Origin: an uncultured delta proteobacterium | Lineage (GTDB): Bacteria > Desulfobacterota > RBG-13-43-22 | Direction: 5' to 3' | Length of the DNA: 64,000 nucleotides | Assembly: GCA_963843145.1 (NCBI GenBank) | Contig: CAWJJC010000027.1 | Coordinates: forward strand, 352,001-416,000 | Shown here: piece after piece, positions 1 to 10,773 of the stretch | Numbering within the stretch: the stretch's first letter is position 1 | Layout of the letters: the number at the start of each line of letters is the position of its first letter | Translations under genes and position numbers: made by a program | Notes under the pieces: generated by a model | Told to the model about the DNA's origin: nothing | Database searches by the model: none | Seen by the model: only the letters and a program-made list of their open reading frames with translations

Positions 1-541
1 TCTTGGCGGCTGCTCGGCGTCGGCGAAATGTTAATGCTGGCCGATCCGGTTGATCCCTGAAAGGTGACGTTGATGGACGCGGTACCCGGCGAAAAACCGG
101 CAAAGAAATCGATAAAGGTCCGGCCGTTGCTTAAAACCCTATTGTCCGTGGTAATCGGCTGCCCGTAATCGTACCCGCTGCCGGTGGTTCGGAACCGGAA
201 ACCGAAGGCCCCGTTGGAGCAGGTGATGAAAACGGTGGAATTGGGGGGGCCGGGGTACCCGAGGGATCGGTAACAGTAATCATCACCGTGGTGGTACTCA
301 GCGTCGCCGGGATATCGGAGGAGGTGGAGGCAACGGACTGGAACATGTTCGATTGGGCCGGAGCCACCCCGACCACCCAGTGACCTTCAAAGTTGCCAGT
401 ACCCCCCGAACCGCTTTGGGTCCCGCTGGAGCTGCTGGCGTTCTGGGTGCAGGACGAGAGCCCCAAAACGGTTGCCATCAGTAGCAGCCAGATCGAAAAT
501 AGCGACATGGGGTTGGACGTCCCCCTATTTCTACACCGCAT
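1..541 (-). CDS. Putative lipoprotein with Ig-like beta-rich domain; frameshifted at a G7 run, runs off the window edge
   Basis: Hydrophobic signal with lipobox LSSC and a S/G-rich linker. Adding one base to the G7 run at 243-249 continues the frame as NSTVFITCSNGAFG...GTASINVTFQGSTGSASINI to position 1. Confidence 0.55.
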
Positions 542-692
542 GGTTATACCCTCCTCGATTTCGGATCGTGGTCAAACGGAAAATCGGGTTACCCGGAAGA
601 ATCGCCTGAACCCGCATATATTAATAACTTCTACAGAAATTTATCAAGTTATTTTTCTTCCTGGTCTAATTACCCGATAACGTTTGGAAGTG

Positions 693-1250
693 TCAGGAAA
701 GACGATATTGTTTGAGCCCTTCTTCATACAGATCCCGCCCGAAGGTATCATTGATCACCAACGCCGGGAAATCCTCCACTACCAGGCGGCGAATGGCCTC
801 GGGGCCCAGTTCCTCATAGGCGATTATTTCCGCAGACCGGATCGACCGGGAGATTAAGGCCCCGGCCCCGCCGGTCGCGCCTAGATAGACGGCCTTGTAC
901 CGCGTCATGGCCTCCCGGACGGACGGCGCCCGTTTCCCCTTGCCGATCATTCCCTTAAGGCCGATTTCCATCAATCGCGGCGCATAGGGGTCCATGCGGT
1001 AACTGGTGGTCGGCCCGGCAGCCCCGATGACTCGGCCCGGCCTGGCCGGTGAGGGCCCTACATAATAGATAACCTGCCCTTGCATTTCAAACGGAAGGGC
1101 TTGGCCGGCATCCAATAGCTCGATCAGACGTTTGTGGGCGGCATCGCGGGCGGAGTAGATGATTCCGTTAAGGAACACCTTATCCCCGATTTCCAGCGAA
1201 GAGACCATGTCATCCGTTAGGGGAGTGGATAAGGTCACGGTTTTGGGCAT
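693..1250 (-). CDS. Class I Fe-S fumarate/tartrate hydro-lyase, beta subunit
   Basis: Motifs ARDAAHKR, GPTTSYRMD, MIGKG, YEELGPEA; paired with the alpha subunit. Confidence 0.93.
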   Translation of the reverse strand: MPKTVTLSTPLTDDMVSSLEIGDKVFLNGIIYSARDAAHKRLIELLDAGQALPFEMQGQVIYYVGPSPARPGRVIGAAGPTTSYRMDPYAPRLMEIGLKGMIGKGKRAPSVREAMTRYKAVYLGATGGAGALISRSIRSAEIIAYEELGPEAIRRLVVEDFPALVINDTFGRDLYEEGLKQYRLS

Positions 1251-1286
1251 GGGAAAAACTCCTTGGTGACGTTCATTGCAGAAACC

Positions 1287-1451
1287 TAACCAAAAATATT
1301 TGCATTTTTGGTTAAAATTCGAAATCCGAATATCGAAATCCGAAACAAATTCAAATGATCAAATTTCAAAATTCAAAACGTTTTTGTTTCGATCATTTGG
1401 ATTTTGAACCTTCGTGCTTGTTTCGGATTTCGTGCTTCGAATTTCGAATTT
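1287..1451. repeat. Palindromic intergenic repeat family A (TTCGAAA-type heptamer arms), copy 1
   Basis: TAACCAAAAAT/ATTTTTGGTTA hairpin followed by inverted AAATTCGAAATCCGAA.../...TTCGTGCTTCGAATTTCGAATTT arms; related copies at 5326 and 25218. Confidence 0.8.
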
Positions 1452-1509
1452 ATAAGTTCTCTTATTCAAACGGAAGAGATAACTGCTCAAATTAAAATTA
1501 CCTAAATAA

Positions 1510-2352
1510 CTATATAACGGCTTCTTTATGCCGACTGGCATGGCACTGAACATTGACCGCCACAGGCAGACTGGCAATGTGGCAAGGGAGCAGCCGGATG
1601 TGAACCCCTAAGGAAGTCGTCCTGCCGCCCAGACCCTGGGGACCGATACCCAGTTTATTGATCTCGGTCAGCAATTCCTTTTCCAAGTCATCCAATTCCG
1701 AATCGGGGTTGGGGCTTCCCAAAGGCCTCAACAGGGACTTTTTAGCCTGCAGCGCGGCCTGTTCAAAGGTTCCGCCTATCCCCACCCCGATAATAGTCGG
1801 GGGGCAGGGATTGGGACCGGCGTCTTTAACCGTCTCCAGAACCCGCTCTTTCATTCCGGCCAGACCGGCGGAGGGCGGCAGCATGAACAGCCGGCTCATA
1901 TTCTCGCTTCCCCCTCCCTTAGGCACGACCATAACCTTGACTTGGTCCCCGGGAACAATATCGATATAAATTACCGCCGGCGTGTTGTCCCCGGTATTGG
2001 CCCGGGTAAAAGGATGGCAGGAGGACTTTCGCAAATATCCCTCCCCGTACCCTTCCCGGACCCCCTGATTCACCGCCTCCTTCAAGTCCCCGCCCACCAG
2101 GTGGACCTCCTGCCCGATTTCCAGGAAAATGACCGCCAGGCCGGTATCCTGGCAGATGGGGACATGTTCCTCCCGGGCCAGGCGGGCGTTTTCTATCAAT
2201 TGGGCCAGAATTTCCTTCCCCACGGGTGAAACTTCGTTTTTGAGGGCCTTCTGAAAGCCCAGGAGGACATCTTCACCAAGCTGCTCGTTGGCCTCAATGC
2301 TAAGCCGTTTGACCGCGTCGCTTATTTCTCGGGTATTGATTTCTCTGACCAT
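1510..2352 (-). CDS. Class I Fe-S fumarate/tartrate hydro-lyase, alpha subunit
   Basis: PICQDTG, KGGGSEN, NPCPP, GPQGLGG, PCHIAS, VQCHA; likely ATG at 2352. Confidence 0.93.
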   Translation of the reverse strand: MVREINTREISDAVKRLSIEANEQLGEDVLLGFQKALKNEVSPVGKEILAQLIENARLAREEHVPICQDTGLAVIFLEIGQEVHLVGGDLKEAVNQGVREGYGEGYLRKSSCHPFTRANTGDNTPAVIYIDIVPGDQVKVMVVPKGGGSENMSRLFMLPPSAGLAGMKERVLETVKDAGPNPCPPTIIGVGIGGTFEQAALQAKKSLLRPLGSPNPDSELDDLEKELLTEINKLGIGPQGLGGRTTSLGVHIRLLPCHIASLPVAVNVQCHASRHKEAVI

Positions 2353-2369
2353 GATCGGCAATCCTCATA

Positions 2370-2400
2370 ACCTCGCAAAAAGTCAAAAAACGACTTTCTG
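2370..2400. repeat. Repeat family C, truncated end (ACCTCGCAAAAAGTCAAAAAACGACTTTCTG)
   Basis: Near-identical to 29674-29704 and to the left end of the element at 40766-40883. Confidence 0.75.
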
Positions 2401-2532
2401 TCTTTATGTTTGATGAATTTGATTTATTGTTATAATGTTGGTGAAACCCTGTCAACAGCAAACTACTCGCCAGGCGATCGGCTTGGGGCAAAAGGCCCGA
2501 GAAGCAATGGCAAAGGACGAAATGTAAGGTTG

Positions 2533-3327
2533 ATGAAACCTGATCCCCATAATCCGAACAGCGAAAAACCGTCCGTTTTGGTAACCAATGATGACGGCAT
2601 CCATGCCCGGGGATTGGAAGTTTTGGCCCGGGCGCTGGAAAAGGATTACCGGGTTCTAATCGTCGCTCCGGAGGTGGAGCAAAGCGCCGTGGGGCACGCC
2701 CTCACCTTGACCCAACCCCTCCGGGTCAAAAAGGTTAAGAAAAACGGGAATTTTTTCGGTTACGGGGTAAATGGGACTCCGGCCGACTGCGTAAAGATCG
2801 CTTTGAATGAATTGCTGATCCCTCCCCCTCGGTTACTGGTTTCGGGAATCAATCTGGGAGCCAACGTGGGTATCAATGTCATTTATTCCGGGACGGTCTC
2901 CGCGGCTACCGAGGGGGCCATGATGGGACTCTCCTCCCTGGCCATATCCCTGGATTCCGATCAATCACCGGACTTCCGGGCAGCCGCCGAGATAGGCCGC
3001 CGCTTGGTGAATTATCTCGATCGTAACCCGCTTCCCAGCGGGATTTCCTTAAACTGTAACGTACCGGATCGTCCTCTGGCCGAACTCCGGGGCATCCGCC
3101 TGGTACGCCAGGGGACCTTCCGTTTTTTGGAAAAATTTGATAAACGGGTAGATCCCCGGGAAAACATCTACTACTGGCAGGCCGGAAGTCTCCCCTCGCC
3201 GGACGAAGCTCCGGACACCGACCACGCCCTGCTGGCCGGGGGATACGTCACCCTGACCCCTATTGGGTATGACCTGACCCATTATCCCTCCCTGGAGCTG
3301 CTCCGAGGGTTGGAGGCGCTGGGATAG
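2533..3327 (+). CDS. surE: 5'/3'-nucleotidase SurE
   Basis: LVTNDDG, GTPADCV, SGINLGANVG, YSGTVSAA; likely start 2533. Confidence 0.95.
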   Translation: MKPDPHNPNSEKPSVLVTNDDGIHARGLEVLARALEKDYRVLIVAPEVEQSAVGHALTLTQPLRVKKVKKNGNFFGYGVNGTPADCVKIALNELLIPPPRLLVSGINLGANVGINVIYSGTVSAATEGAMMGLSSLAISLDSDQSPDFRAAAEIGRRLVNYLDRNPLPSGISLNCNVPDRPLAELRGIRLVRQGTFRFLEKFDKRVDPRENIYYWQAGSLPSPDEAPDTDHALLAGGYVTLTPIGYDLTHYPSLELLRGLEALG

Positions 3328-3408
3328 TATGGAACTAAGCGAACCGGTTAATAATTAACAATTGATTATTGATTATTAATAATTTGCCTTTCCAAAGGAC
3401 CTATTGAT

Positions 3409-5328
3409 ATGAAACAGATCATTCTAGGGACTGCCGGACATATCGATCATGGGAAAACCAGCCTGGTCAAAGCCCTGACCGGGATCGATACCGACCGGCT
3501 GAAAGAAGAAAAAGAACGGGGCATCACCATTGAATTGGGCTTCGCCCATTTGGACCTGCCCCATGGCCAGCGTCTGGGAATCATCGATGTTCCGGGTCAC
3601 GAACGCTTCATCAAAAATATGGTGGCCGGGGCCAGCACCATCGATATGGTGACCATGATCATCGCCGCCGATGAGGGGGTCATGCCACAGACCCGGGAAC
3701 ACATGGACATCTGCACCCTCCTGGGAATCAATAAGGGCCTGGTGGCCTTAACCAAAATCGATATGGTCGATGAGGAATGGCTGGAACTGGTCACGGAAGA
3801 TATACGGGAATTCTTAAAAGGGACCTTTCTGGAGGGCGCGCCCATCCTCCCGGTTTCCTCCACTACCGGGCAAGGGGTTCCGGAATTCATCCGGGTACTC
3901 GAGACCCTATCCGCCGAAGTGGAAGAACGGTCGGCCGCCGGAATTTTTCGCCTCCCCGTGGACCGAGTCTTTACCATGAAGGGTTTTGGAACCGTGATTA
4001 CCGGAACCGCCATTTCGGGTTCTTTGGCCGTGGGGGACGCGGTGACCATTTATCCCCAGCAGATTCAGGCCAAAGTCCGAGGCATTCAGGTCCACAATCA
4101 AGAGGCGGAACAGGTTCGAGCCGGGCTGCGGACAGCCATTAACCTCCAGGGTATTGAAAAAACCACGGTCAACCGGGGAGATGTGGTGGCCTCGCTAAAC
4201 GGAATGCTTCCCACCCGGCTGCTTGATATCCGCCTGTCCCTGCTGAAGTCCGCCACTAAACCCCTCAAACACCGAGCCCAGGTCCGTTTTCACAGCGGCA
4301 CCAATGAAATTTTGGGCCGGGTGCTCTTGCTGGAAGGAGACGAGATCAAACCCGGCGAATCCCAATTCTGTCAAATCCGGCTGGATGACCCGGTGGCCGT
4401 CCTGCCCAGCGACCTGGCGGTCATCCGCAGTTATTCTCCGGTCCATACCATCGGCGGCGCTCGGGTCTTGAACGTATCTCCGGGAAAACACAAACGCCTG
4501 AATCCGGAGGTCTTGAACCAATTACAGGTCCTGGAATCGGGATCGGATTTGGATAAAACGGCCCTGCCGGTGCTATTGGCCGGAGCCGCCGGTCTTTCCC
4601 GGTCGAACCTGGGCCGGGGCCTGCCTCTCCCGGCTAAGAAATTGGAGGACCTGCTGAAAGAACTCCTTTCCCAACGGATCCTGATCCAATGGGACAAGGA
4701 AAACCGCATCCTGATTCACCAACAGGAATACGCCAAACTGGTACAATCCATTGAAGCCATGCTGGAGGAATATCACCGGGCCAACCCCTTGAAACCCGGT
4801 TTGCTCAAAGAGGAGTTAAAATCCCGACTCCCGCAGATTAAAGAAACCAAGCTCTTCAATTTCCTCTTGAATCAACTGGCCGACCAGGGGGTCCTGGTCC
4901 AGGAAAAAGAACTGGTCCGCCTTAAATCCCACAAAGTCCAGCTCAAGGAGGACCAAGAGGCGGCCCGGGAGGCCATCGAACAAATCTATTTAAAGAGTGG
5001 GCTCGAACCCCCTTATTTCAAAGACTTGGTCGAAAAATTCCCCAAGGGGAATCCCCGGGAAGTATTGGAATTGATGGTCAAGGAAGGGAAACTGGTCAAG
5101 GTCAAAGAGGACCTCTACTTCCATAGTCAGGCCATTGAGGGAATCAAGAAAAAACTGGTCCTCTGGCTCAAAGAAAAAAGGGAGCTCACCACTCCGGAGT
5201 TCAAGGAAATGACTCAGACCTCGAGGAAATACACCATCCCCCTATTGGAATACTTTGACAGTACACAAGTCACCATTCGGGTAGAGGATAAACGCATCCT
5301 CAGAGAAACTAGGGAAGCCCACGCCTAA
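3409..5328 (+). CDS. selB: Selenocysteine-specific translation elongation factor
   Basis: [38 protein letters not shown]-terminal winged-helix region ending [13 protein letters not shown]. Confidence 0.97.
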   Translation: MKQIILGTAGHIDHGKTSLVKALTGIDTDRLKEEKERGITIELGFAHLDLPHGQRLGIIDVPGHERFIKNMVAGASTIDMVTMIIAADEGVMPQTREHMDICTLLGINKGLVALTKIDMVDEEWLELVTEDIREFLKGTFLEGAPILPVSSTTGQGVPEFIRVLETLSAEVEERSAAGIFRLPVDRVFTMKGFGTVITGTAISGSLAVGDAVTIYPQQIQAKVRGIQVHNQEAEQVRAGLRTAINLQGIEKTTVNRGDVVASLNGMLPTRLLDIRLSLLKSATKPLKHRAQVRFHSGTNEILGRVLLLEGDEIKPGESQFCQIRLDDPVAVLPSDLAVIRSYSPVHTIGGARVLNVSPGKHKRLNPEVLNQLQVLESGSDLDKTALPVLLAGAAGLSRSNLGRGLPLPAKKLEDLLKELLSQRILIQWDKENRILIHQQEYAKLVQSIEAMLEEYHRANPLKPGLLKEELKSRLPQIKETKLFNFLLNQLADQGVLVQEKELVRLKSHKVQLKEDQEAAREAIEQIYLKSGLEPPYFKDLVEKFPKGNPREVLELMVKEGKLVKVKEDLYFHSQAIEGIKKKLVLWLKEKRELTTPEFKEMTQTSRKYTIPLLEYFDSTQVTIRVEDKRILRETREAHA

Positions 5329-5478
5329 CCAAAAATTTCTAAATTTTTGGTTAGAAATTCGAAACTCGAAACTCGAAACAAATTCAAATGACCAAATTTC
5401 AAAATTCGAAACGTTTTGATCATTTGTATTTTGGACTTTCGTGCTTGTTTCGAATTTCGTGCTTCGAATTTCGGATTT
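5326..5478. repeat. Palindromic repeat family A, copy 2 (starts in the selB stop codon)
   Basis: Same hairpin plus heptamer inverted arms as 1287-1451. Confidence 0.8.
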
Positions 5479-5540
5479 ATAGATCCTACCTGGGGGCCTC
5501 CAGCAAATGAGTTATCACAAATGACCAGGGATATTTTTTA

Positions 5541-6845
5541 ATGCCTTCCCCCCGCCTGTCTGCGCTTACGGGGAAAGTCAAGAGGCTTAATAACCGTCTC
5601 CGCTTTCTCTTTTCCTCGGACCGGTCCTTCCTAACCCAGGTTTACAGGGAAATCCTTGGCCGTCCGCCGGATGAGGAAGGTCTCAATCATTTTCTCCCTT
5701 TTCTAGAAGGCGGAGAAAGCCGCCTGGAGGTCATCCTGGCGCTGACCCGTTCCGAAGAATTTTATCAAAAATCCCTCCGGGAACTCACCACCGCAGGACA
5801 AAACCTGGCTTTCCTGAAAGAAACCTATCAGCGACTATTTGGACGAACAATTGATGAGGAAGGTCTCAAGAAATACAGTCGTCTCCTGCTGCAAGGAACT
5901 AGAAGGGAAGAGATTATTTTTGAACTGATATCCTCGGAGGAATGGGTCAGTAAAATTTTACAGGACCACATAAGGTTGAAGAATATCAGCATCCTCAAAC
6001 CTTCCCAATATCTCGCGGATATCAACCTGATGACCTCGGAACCCCTGACGACCTTCAAGATTTTGGGCCCACAGGATTTCGATTGGCTGGAAACCATGAT
6101 CCGGCAAAACGATTATTACGAACGTCCAGGGATCTGGGGATATGGATTGGATTCAGATAAACAACGGATCGCCGAGATGGCGGGCGAATTTTCTCCTCAG
6201 CAAGTCTTGGAGATCGGCTGTTCCAGCGGAGCTATTCTGAAGGCTCTTTATGACCGGGGCGTCGAAGGCGAGGGCGTTGAAATCAGCGCCATGGCCATTC
6301 GACGGGCTTTTCCGGAGATCAAAGATAAAATCCATGAAGGGGACCTCCTGGAAATTCAATTGTCCGCCGGCTATGACCTCGTTTTGGGTTTGGATATCTT
6401 CGAACATCTAAACCCTAAAAAGATAAACCAGTATATTCGGGCCCTCATGGATCTATCAAGGAAGGGGGGCTATTTTCTTTGCAACATCCCGGCCTTTGGG
6501 CAGGATTCGGTTTTCGGAACTGTTTTTCCTTTGTACCTCAAGGATTGGGAAGAGTCGGGACACCTTTTTCAAACGCTGCCGGTGGATGAGTCCGGCTACC
6601 CCCTCCATGGACATCTGATCTGGGCCGACACCCACTGGTGGACGGACCAATTTCTACAGGCAGGTCTGGTGCGGGAAATTGAAATCGAAAAAGCCCTTCA
6701 TCAAAAATACGACCCTTATTTTGATCAAACCGCTCCGGCCCGGAGGTCTTTTTATATCTTTTCCAAACAGGGCGACCCGAACCGAAAGCAGGAAATCATC
6801 GAAACCATTCAAACGCGACCATCCCCGGTTCTCGGTGGATCATAA
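5541..6845 (+). CDS. Tandem DUF4214-like repeats fused to a class I SAM methyltransferase
   Basis: Two YxxxLGRxxDEEGL repeats; VLEIGCSSG motif I; DIFEHL. Confidence 0.7.
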   Translation: MPSPRLSALTGKVKRLNNRLRFLFSSDRSFLTQVYREILGRPPDEEGLNHFLPFLEGGESRLEVILALTRSEEFYQKSLRELTTAGQNLAFLKETYQRLFGRTIDEEGLKKYSRLLLQGTRREEIIFELISSEEWVSKILQDHIRLKNISILKPSQYLADINLMTSEPLTTFKILGPQDFDWLETMIRQNDYYERPGIWGYGLDSDKQRIAEMAGEFSPQQVLEIGCSSGAILKALYDRGVEGEGVEISAMAIRRAFPEIKDKIHEGDLLEIQLSAGYDLVLGLDIFEHLNPKKINQYIRALMDLSRKGGYFLCNIPAFGQDSVFGTVFPLYLKDWEESGHLFQTLPVDESGYPLHGHLIWADTHWWTDQFLQAGLVREIEIEKALHQKYDPYFDQTAPARRSFYIFSKQGDPNRKQEIIETIQTRPSPVLGGS

Positions 6846-7039
6846 GCGAGTTTGGAATTAAGGATGGCCATCTTCTGGGGTTCCGAAATAATCAAATCAA
6901 ATTCCCCATTCTCTTGCAGAAGGCGGATAGCCGTCTTCAAAGGGACGGTTGATCTAATACTGGTTCTCTCCCCCAGGATGAAGTAAACGATTTGATAAGC
7001 AGGATCGATATGCAAAATCCTTCTGGTTTTTCTCACCAC
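6809..7039 (-). CDS. Small hypothetical protein, possibly a degenerate receiver-like domain
   Basis: RILHID...FDLIISE pattern; GGGGGA RBS-like sequence upstream. Confidence 0.3.
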   Translation of the reverse strand: MVRKTRRILHIDPAYQIVYFILGERTSIRSTVPLKTAIRLLQENGEFDLIISEPQKMAILNSKLAYDPPRTGDGRV

Positions 7040-7050
7040 AGTGTCCCCCC

Positions 7051-7310
7051 TTACCTTATCATTTGAAAGGCCTTTAATTCTCCTTCCTGCTGTGCAGGCC
7101 GGGTGAGCTGGTTGCGGATACCCACCACCTTGATCGTCTTTTCAATCAGGGCACTGGTATTTTTAACCGCCTCGGCCGCTCGCCTGGCCAGGTTTCGGAC
7201 CTCATCGGCCACTTCGGCAATACCGACGCCGGCCTCTCCGGCCCGGGTCGCTTCCACCGCAGCGTTCAGGGCCAGGAGATTGGTCTGCAAGGCGATCTCA
7301 TCAATAATTG
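7051..7310 (-). pseudogene. Methyl-accepting chemotaxis protein signalling-tip fragment
   Basis: [40 protein letters not shown]; no N-terminal part. Confidence 0.85.
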
Positions 7311-7335
7311 GAAACCTAGACTTTTATTTCTATTA

Positions 7336-7351
7336 TTCAAGAACGGTGCCA
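7336..7351 (-). promoter_or_regulatory. Sigma54-like -24/-12 element
   Basis: Minus strand TGGCAC-CGTTC-TTGAA (consensus TGGCAC-N5-TTGCW, with GA at -12), upstream of the MCP remnant. Confidence 0.45.
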
Positions 7352-7642
7352 TATTATTTATTTAATTAATTTGATTGGTTATAATTCCAATAGAAAAACA
7401 GGCGGGTAAATAGACGGCAAAATATTGACGGAACTGTCAGTTTTTCCTACAGCGTAAGGAGCAGAAAATCGCAGAGAGTTTGACCGAGAGGTCTAAGTGG
7501 ACAGGCTATTTCATCGAGCACCTAATCCCCGGGGGCTTGAGCAATAAAAGACACTTGATGATTAGTCCTACAAAAATTATAGCAGGACAAAGGATTCAGA
7601 TATCGGAAAATAAATTGAAAAAGATGTCGGTCCCGTTACCGT

Positions 7643-8557
7643 TTATCCGATCAGGGTCCCGATCAGGTCGTCTATCTTGGAAATCCCCTGGTCCGTTAAA
7701 AATCGTCTTATTCCCTCGATGATTTCGAGACCCGCGGTGGGGCGGATAAAATTGGCAGTCCCGACCTGAACGGCCTGGGCGCCTACCATGAGAAATTCCA
7801 GGGCATCTTCGGCGGTCCGGATCCCCCCCAGACCGATCACCGGTATTTTCACCGCCTTCGCGGCCAGGTAAACCAGGCGCAGGGCCACCGGCTTGACGGC
7901 CGGCCCGGAAAGCCCCCCGCTGATCCGGCCCAACCTGGATTTTCGGGTTCGGATATCCACGGCCATGGCCGGTAGCGTATTAATCAAGGAAAGGGCATCG
8001 GAGCCGGCCTCCTCCACCGCCCGGGCGATCAAACCGATATCGGTCACCTGAGGGGTCAACTTGGTAATTAAAGGGAGGGTCGTAGCCTGCCGTACGCTGG
8101 AGACCACTTTGGCCGCCAACCGAGGATCGGCTCCGAAGGCCAGCCCCCCCCGGGACACGTTGGGACAGGAAATATTGAGTTCCAGGGCGGCGATACCGGA
8201 CAGCCCGTCCAGGTGCCGGGCCACTTCCGGATATTCTTTCAGGGAATGGCCGAGGATGTTGACGATGACCGGAATATCCAGACCGGCCAAAAAGGGCAGT
8301 TTATCCCGGATAAAGGCTTCCACTCCCACGTTCTCGAGACCGATGGCATTCAACATGCCGCCCGCCGTTTCATAAATCCGGGGCGGCGGATTGCCGGCCA
8401 GGGGCTCCAGCGATATGCCTTTGGTGACCAGGGCGCCCAAACGGTTCAAATCGAAAAAGGGTTGATATTCCCGTCCGTAGCCGAAGGTGCCGGAAGCGGT
8501 CATGACCGGGTTCTTCATTCGGAGTCCGGCGATATTCACCGTCAGGTCGGGGACCAT
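7643..8557 (-). CDS. pyrD: Dihydroorotate dehydrogenase B, catalytic subunit
   Basis: ASGTFG, MLNAIGLEN, ELNISCPNV, INTL, GGLSGPAVKP. Confidence 0.95.
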   Translation of the reverse strand: MVPDLTVNIAGLRMKNPVMTASGTFGYGREYQPFFDLNRLGALVTKGISLEPLAGNPPPRIYETAGGMLNAIGLENVGVEAFIRDKLPFLAGLDIPVIVNILGHSLKEYPEVARHLDGLSGIAALELNISCPNVSRGGLAFGADPRLAAKVVSSVRQATTLPLITKLTPQVTDIGLIARAVEEAGSDALSLINTLPAMAVDIRTRKSRLGRISGGLSGPAVKPVALRLVYLAAKAVKIPVIGLGGIRTAEDALEFLMVGAQAVQVGTANFIRPTAGLEIIEGIRRFLTDQGISKIDDLIGTLIG

Positions 8558-8561
8558 GGAT

Positions 8562-9374
8562 TTACGCATCCCAGGCCACCTCTTGGGCCGCGAAGACCGG
8601 TCCATCCTGGCATACCTTGGCATAGCTCAGTCCGCCGGCAGTTGGGCGGGCCACCGAACAGCCCAAACAGGCCCCCAGTCCGCAGGCCATCCGGGCTTCC
8701 AGGGAAACCTGGCAAGGAACGTTTCTGGCGGCAGCCCAGGAAGCCAGGGCCCGCAGCATCCCTTGGGGACCGCAGGTGTAAATCACGGCTCGATCGAGAC
8801 CTTTGGCCGACACCCCTTTCAACAGGTCGGTGACCAACCCTTGCCGGCCGAAGGACCCGTCTTCCGTGACCGACTGCACCCGGAGGCCCATTTCTTTGAA
8901 TTCCCCGAGAACCAGCAGTTCCTTTTTGGAACCGGCTCCGATCATCACCCGGGGTGGGGCGAAGGTTTTGCCTCTACGCATTTTCATAAGCCGCTGAGCC
9001 AGAAAAAACAGCGGGGCCACGCCGATACCGCCGGCCACCAGGATGGGATCCTTTTCGGGATCCAATACGAACCCCCGGCCCAGGGGACCCTTGATCTCTA
9101 AGACCTCCCCGGGATTCAGTCCGCACAGTTGTCGAGTCCCCGGACCGGAGGCCCGGATCAGGAGATCGATCCGATTCCCTTGAAGGCGATGAATGGAAAT
9201 AGGCCGCGGCAGAAGAGGCTCCGAAAATTTCCTCGGACGGATCATCACAAACTGCCCCGGCTGGGCTTCCCGGGCGATTTCCTTCGATAGAAAACTCACC
9301 CGAAAAACCGCCGAAGTAACGGGTTCTATCTTCTTTATAGGAATTTCCTGGAAGAACATAAAGTCCAAAGACAT
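8562..9374 (-). CDS. pyrK: Dihydroorotate dehydrogenase electron transfer subunit
   Basis: RPISI, GPLGRGF, AGGIGVAP, CGP, MACGLGACLGC...VCQDGPVF. Confidence 0.93.
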   Translation of the reverse strand: MSLDFMFFQEIPIKKIEPVTSAVFRVSFLSKEIAREAQPGQFVMIRPRKFSEPLLPRPISIHRLQGNRIDLLIRASGPGTRQLCGLNPGEVLEIKGPLGRGFVLDPEKDPILVAGGIGVAPLFFLAQRLMKMRRGKTFAPPRVMIGAGSKKELLVLGEFKEMGLRVQSVTEDGSFGRQGLVTDLLKGVSAKGLDRAVIYTCGPQGMLRALASWAAARNVPCQVSLEARMACGLGACLGCSVARPTAGGLSYAKVCQDGPVFAAQEVAWDA

Positions 9375-9549
9375 TTGACAGGATCAACAGGATGGACATG
9401 ATTTTTTGCCCATACATTTAGACAGGATAAATTTTCCTGCGGAGCCGGGCCAAAACTAATAATTCCACCGCCGGAGGCTGATGGCTGTTTTCCTCGTTTC
9501 TTCCGGAAACGGGGAAAAATATCTTGTTCATCCTGTAGATCCTGTCAAA
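9375..9549. repeat. MITE-like inverted-repeat element family B (GACAGGAT...ATCCTGTC), copy 1
   Basis: TTTGACAGGATCAACAGGATG and CATCCTGTAGATCCTGTCAAA ends; related element at 41158. Confidence 0.7.
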
Positions 9550-9576
9550 AAGTCTTTCCTTTCTTTCGATCGCCTA

Positions 9577-10368
9577 TCAAATCTCCAACAACCCGATCAC
9601 ACTCCCGAACCGCCCAGTCACCTTTTCCTTCCGGTAGGAATAGAATTCATCCGTATGGCAGGAGGTACAGATCCCGGCGACGGCAATATTTTCGTTTCTC
9701 ACCCCGGCGGCCAGCAACTGGTCCCGGCTCCACTGCCAGAGATCAAAGTAAAAGGGCCGGACCTGGTACTGCCAGGCCTCTTCCGGCAATTCTTTTCGGT
9801 AATGGATGAATTCAGCGCAACAGGGTCCCAGAGAAGGGCCTACGGCGGCGAGCAGGTCGGCCGGATCGGTCCCAAAAAAAGCCCGCATTTGTTTTATCCC
9901 TTCCGGAATCACCCCCCGGACGTTTCCCCGCCAGCCGCAGTGCATATTGGCCAGGGCTTTATGGCGCGGATCAGAGAGCATGACCGCCTGGCAATCGGCC
10001 TGCTTGATCAGCAGACCGACCCCGGGTCTGTCCGTCAGGAGGATGTCCCCGGATTCGGTTTCCGGAGTTTTCGTCAGGTCCGGCCCCCGGCCGTTGGAAA
10101 TGATAACCGCTTGCGTTCCATGGACCTGCCTCAGGGAAACGATCGACCGCAACGCCAGTGAGTCCCGAACCCGAATTCGGTTGTCGGCCACCTTTTTCGG
10201 CTGATCGCCCACCGAGAAACTCAGATTTAAACCGCGCAGGTCACCCGCGCTCTCCCCGCCTCGGCGGGTGAATACACCATGCACCAGACCGGGGACGGAT
10301 TGAAGCATCGGGAACTGATATAAAACCAGGTTTTCTTTTTCCCGACGAATTAAGGGTGAATTGCCCAT
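9577..10368 (-). CDS. pgeF: PgeF/YfiH family purine nucleoside phosphorylase-like protein
   Basis: HGVFTRRGG, QVHG, ADCQAV, HCGWRG, ICTSC, FYSYR; likely start 10368. Confidence 0.9.
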   Translation of the reverse strand: MGNSPLIRREKENLVLYQFPMLQSVPGLVHGVFTRRGGESAGDLRGLNLSFSVGDQPKKVADNRIRVRDSLALRSIVSLRQVHGTQAVIISNGRGPDLTKTPETESGDILLTDRPGVGLLIKQADCQAVMLSDPRHKALANMHCGWRGNVRGVIPEGIKQMRAFFGTDPADLLAAVGPSLGPCCAEFIHYRKELPEEAWQYQVRPFYFDLWQWSRDQLLAAGVRNENIAVAGICTSCHTDEFYSYRKEKVTGRFGSVIGLLEI

Positions 10369-10773
10369 GGAGTTATTATCTTCCCCTAATGCGGCGCGAT
10401 TGTCAATACACCGCGGATGTCTCCCGGAGGCGGCGCGATTTGCTGATATCAGGGAGCGTCTGGCCCCTTGGATCATGACGCTTTTCACAGGGTGAGTGCC
10501 CAGGCGGTGGGGTTTTGGTATCCGGCGAAGAAAAATAAATTGTCAAGGCAATAGTTAACTCTTATAATTGGATACAAAATTTCTGTGAAGGTGTGTAAGA
10601 CCAAGGGTCGTCAATCCTGAGACAATTGGTTTCTTTTCCTCTCCAGAATCCTGGGTTGAAGGTGTTCTTAGCCGGCCGGGAAACAGGGCCGGGTGGAGCA
10701 AACAAAAGGGTGGTTTCTTTTTAGGTCGGCGATCTGAACGAGCAGGTCCTAACGCAGTTGACGAGGGATAGGA

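Noticed and set aside
1287-1451. Possible CRISPR array
   Set aside because: Heptamer palindromes with no repeat-spacer periodicity; no cas genes in the window.
1359-1577. ORF containing KFEIRSTKSET
   Set aside because: Translation of palindromic repeat A overlapping the fumarase 3' end.
3328-5540. selC tRNA or selA next to selB
   Set aside because: No tRNA cloverleaf or selA motifs seen; no tRNA or rRNA recognised anywhere in the window.
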